From positions 1 through 32,000 of the forward strand of contig CAYZRF010000007.1 of NCBI GenBank assembly GCA_964480775.1: a stretch of 32,000 nt of DNA, given 5' to 3'. Below are positions 31,415-32,000 of the stretch, one piece after another. The position numbers and the translations under genes were made by a program. The stretch is from an uncultured Nitrososphaerota archaeon. Its GTDB lineage: Archaea > Korarchaeota > Korarchaeia > Korarchaeales > Korarchaeaceae. Each line of letters starts with the position of its first letter. Position 1 is the first letter of the stretch. The notes under the pieces were generated by a model that searched no databases, was not told the origin of the DNA, and saw only the letters and a program-made list of their open reading frames with translations.

Positions 31415-32000
31415 TTACTTCCTTGTAACGAGGTGACATGCGACATAATGGTCTTTTTCCACCTCAACGAGTTCTGGTTCCTCCTTGTCGCAGGGCTCAA
31501 ACCTATATGGGCACCTTGGATGGAATCTGCAGCCTGGAGGAATGTTTACAGCGCTTGGAACCTCCCCAATGATTGGAATCTCTTTCATAACATGCCTTTG
31601 AGACGGATCTGGTTCTGGAACAGCTATTAAAAGAGCTTTCGTGTAAGGATGAACCGGGTTTTCTATGAGTCTATCCGACGGCGCTAATTCAACTATCTTT
31701 CCGAGGTACATCACTGCTATTCTGTCACAGAAGAACCTGGCTGTGGAGAGGTCGTGTGTGATGTAAAGATACGTAAGGCCGTGCTTTTCCTTCAGCTCCC
31801 TCATGAGTTCCAATATTTCTGCTCTGATTGAGAGATCAAGCATGGAAACTGGTTCGTCCGCGACTAGAAACTCTGGATTTAAGATCAACGCCCTTGCTAT
31901 GGCAACTCTCTGTCTCTGTCCTCCGCTCAATTGGTGCGGGAAGCGCCCAATGAACTCCTCTTGTGGAACTAATCTCACTTCTTCAAGGGCCTTGTATATG
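31415..32000 (-). CDS. ABC transporter ATP-binding protein, oligopeptide/dipeptide (OppF/DppF) type; 3' part only, gene continues beyond the right edge
   Basis: It carries 'LSGGQRQRVAIARAL' (ABC signature), 'LVADEPVSMLD' (Walker B) and 'ITHDL' (H-loop). The C-terminal 'HPYTKALL...P.GCRFHPRCPY' is the Opp/Dpp ATPase C-terminal extension. Confidence 0.9.
   Translation of the reverse strand, partial: IYKALEEVRLVPQEEFIGRFPHQLSGGQRQRVAIARALILNPEFLVADEPVSMLDLSIRAEILELMRELKEKHGLTYLYITHDLSTARFFCDRIAVMYLGKIVELAPSDRLIENPVHPYTKALLIAVPEPDPSQRHVMKEIPIIGEVPSAVNIPPGCRFHPRCPYRFEPCDKEEPELVEVEKDHYVACHLVTRK

Noticed and set aside
1-32000. An antiviral defence island or prophage
   Set aside because: I saw no recognisable defence-type modules: no helicase/nuclease pairs, restriction-modification methyltransferases, Cas, TIR, SIR2, reverse transcriptase, integrase, or capsid/terminase genes. 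The only nuclease-like gene is the truncated DUF429 at the left edge.

Overview
This is a densely coding archaeal chromosomal window. By eye it is about 40-45% GC, with AGA/AGG/ATA-rich codons and Lys/Glu/Ile-rich proteins. TATA-like boxes lie about 26-27 nt upstream of several ATGs, and GGAGG-type Shine-Dalgarno sites precede operon-internal genes, several of which start with TTG. I saw no rRNA, tRNA, CRISPR array, transposase or integrase. All family assignments come from motif recognition by eye, with no searches run.

Positions 0.9-20.2 kb form a cell-envelope island. It holds six GT-B (GT4-like) glycosyltransferases, a Dol-P-type GT2, an 859-aa GT-C-like polytopic membrane protein, and two paralogous sequon-rich secreted surface proteins.

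The most interesting part is a tightly overlapped minus-strand gene string at 20172->12779. In order it encodes:
- a processive D,D,D,QxxRW GT2 synthase with an Asn/His/Lys tandem-repeat tail
- a TM-anchored beta-helix protein
- a soluble bactofilin-like beta-helix protein
- a 254-aa membrane protein carrying the exosortase/archaeosortase signature (CSG ... NxxR ... H)
- a small secreted protein
- a 1025-aa surface protein that ends in a short motif + TM helix + basic tail, the architecture of a sortase-type C-terminal sorting signal, though matching no class I recognise

The neighbouring 455-codon paralog has lost both its signal peptide (a +1 shift in an A7/T7 tract just after an SD-preceded GTG) and the same C-terminal anchor (a 1-nt deletion).

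I propose this as a candidate undescribed archaeosortase-linked surface glycoprotein and polysaccharide assembly system.

The right third (20.4-32 kb) contains:
- an HD hydrolase, an AIR-synthase-related protein and an SDH/ClpP-class protease
- an RHH regulator behind a perfect 17-1-17 palindrome
- a TIGR04076-like Cys/His protein and a DUF4349 protein
- a Roadblock/LC7 gene translationally coupled to two TldD/PmbA paralogs that both lack HExxxH
- a cluster of small orphan genes with a wHTH regulator
- the 3' part of an Opp/Dpp-type ABC ATPase
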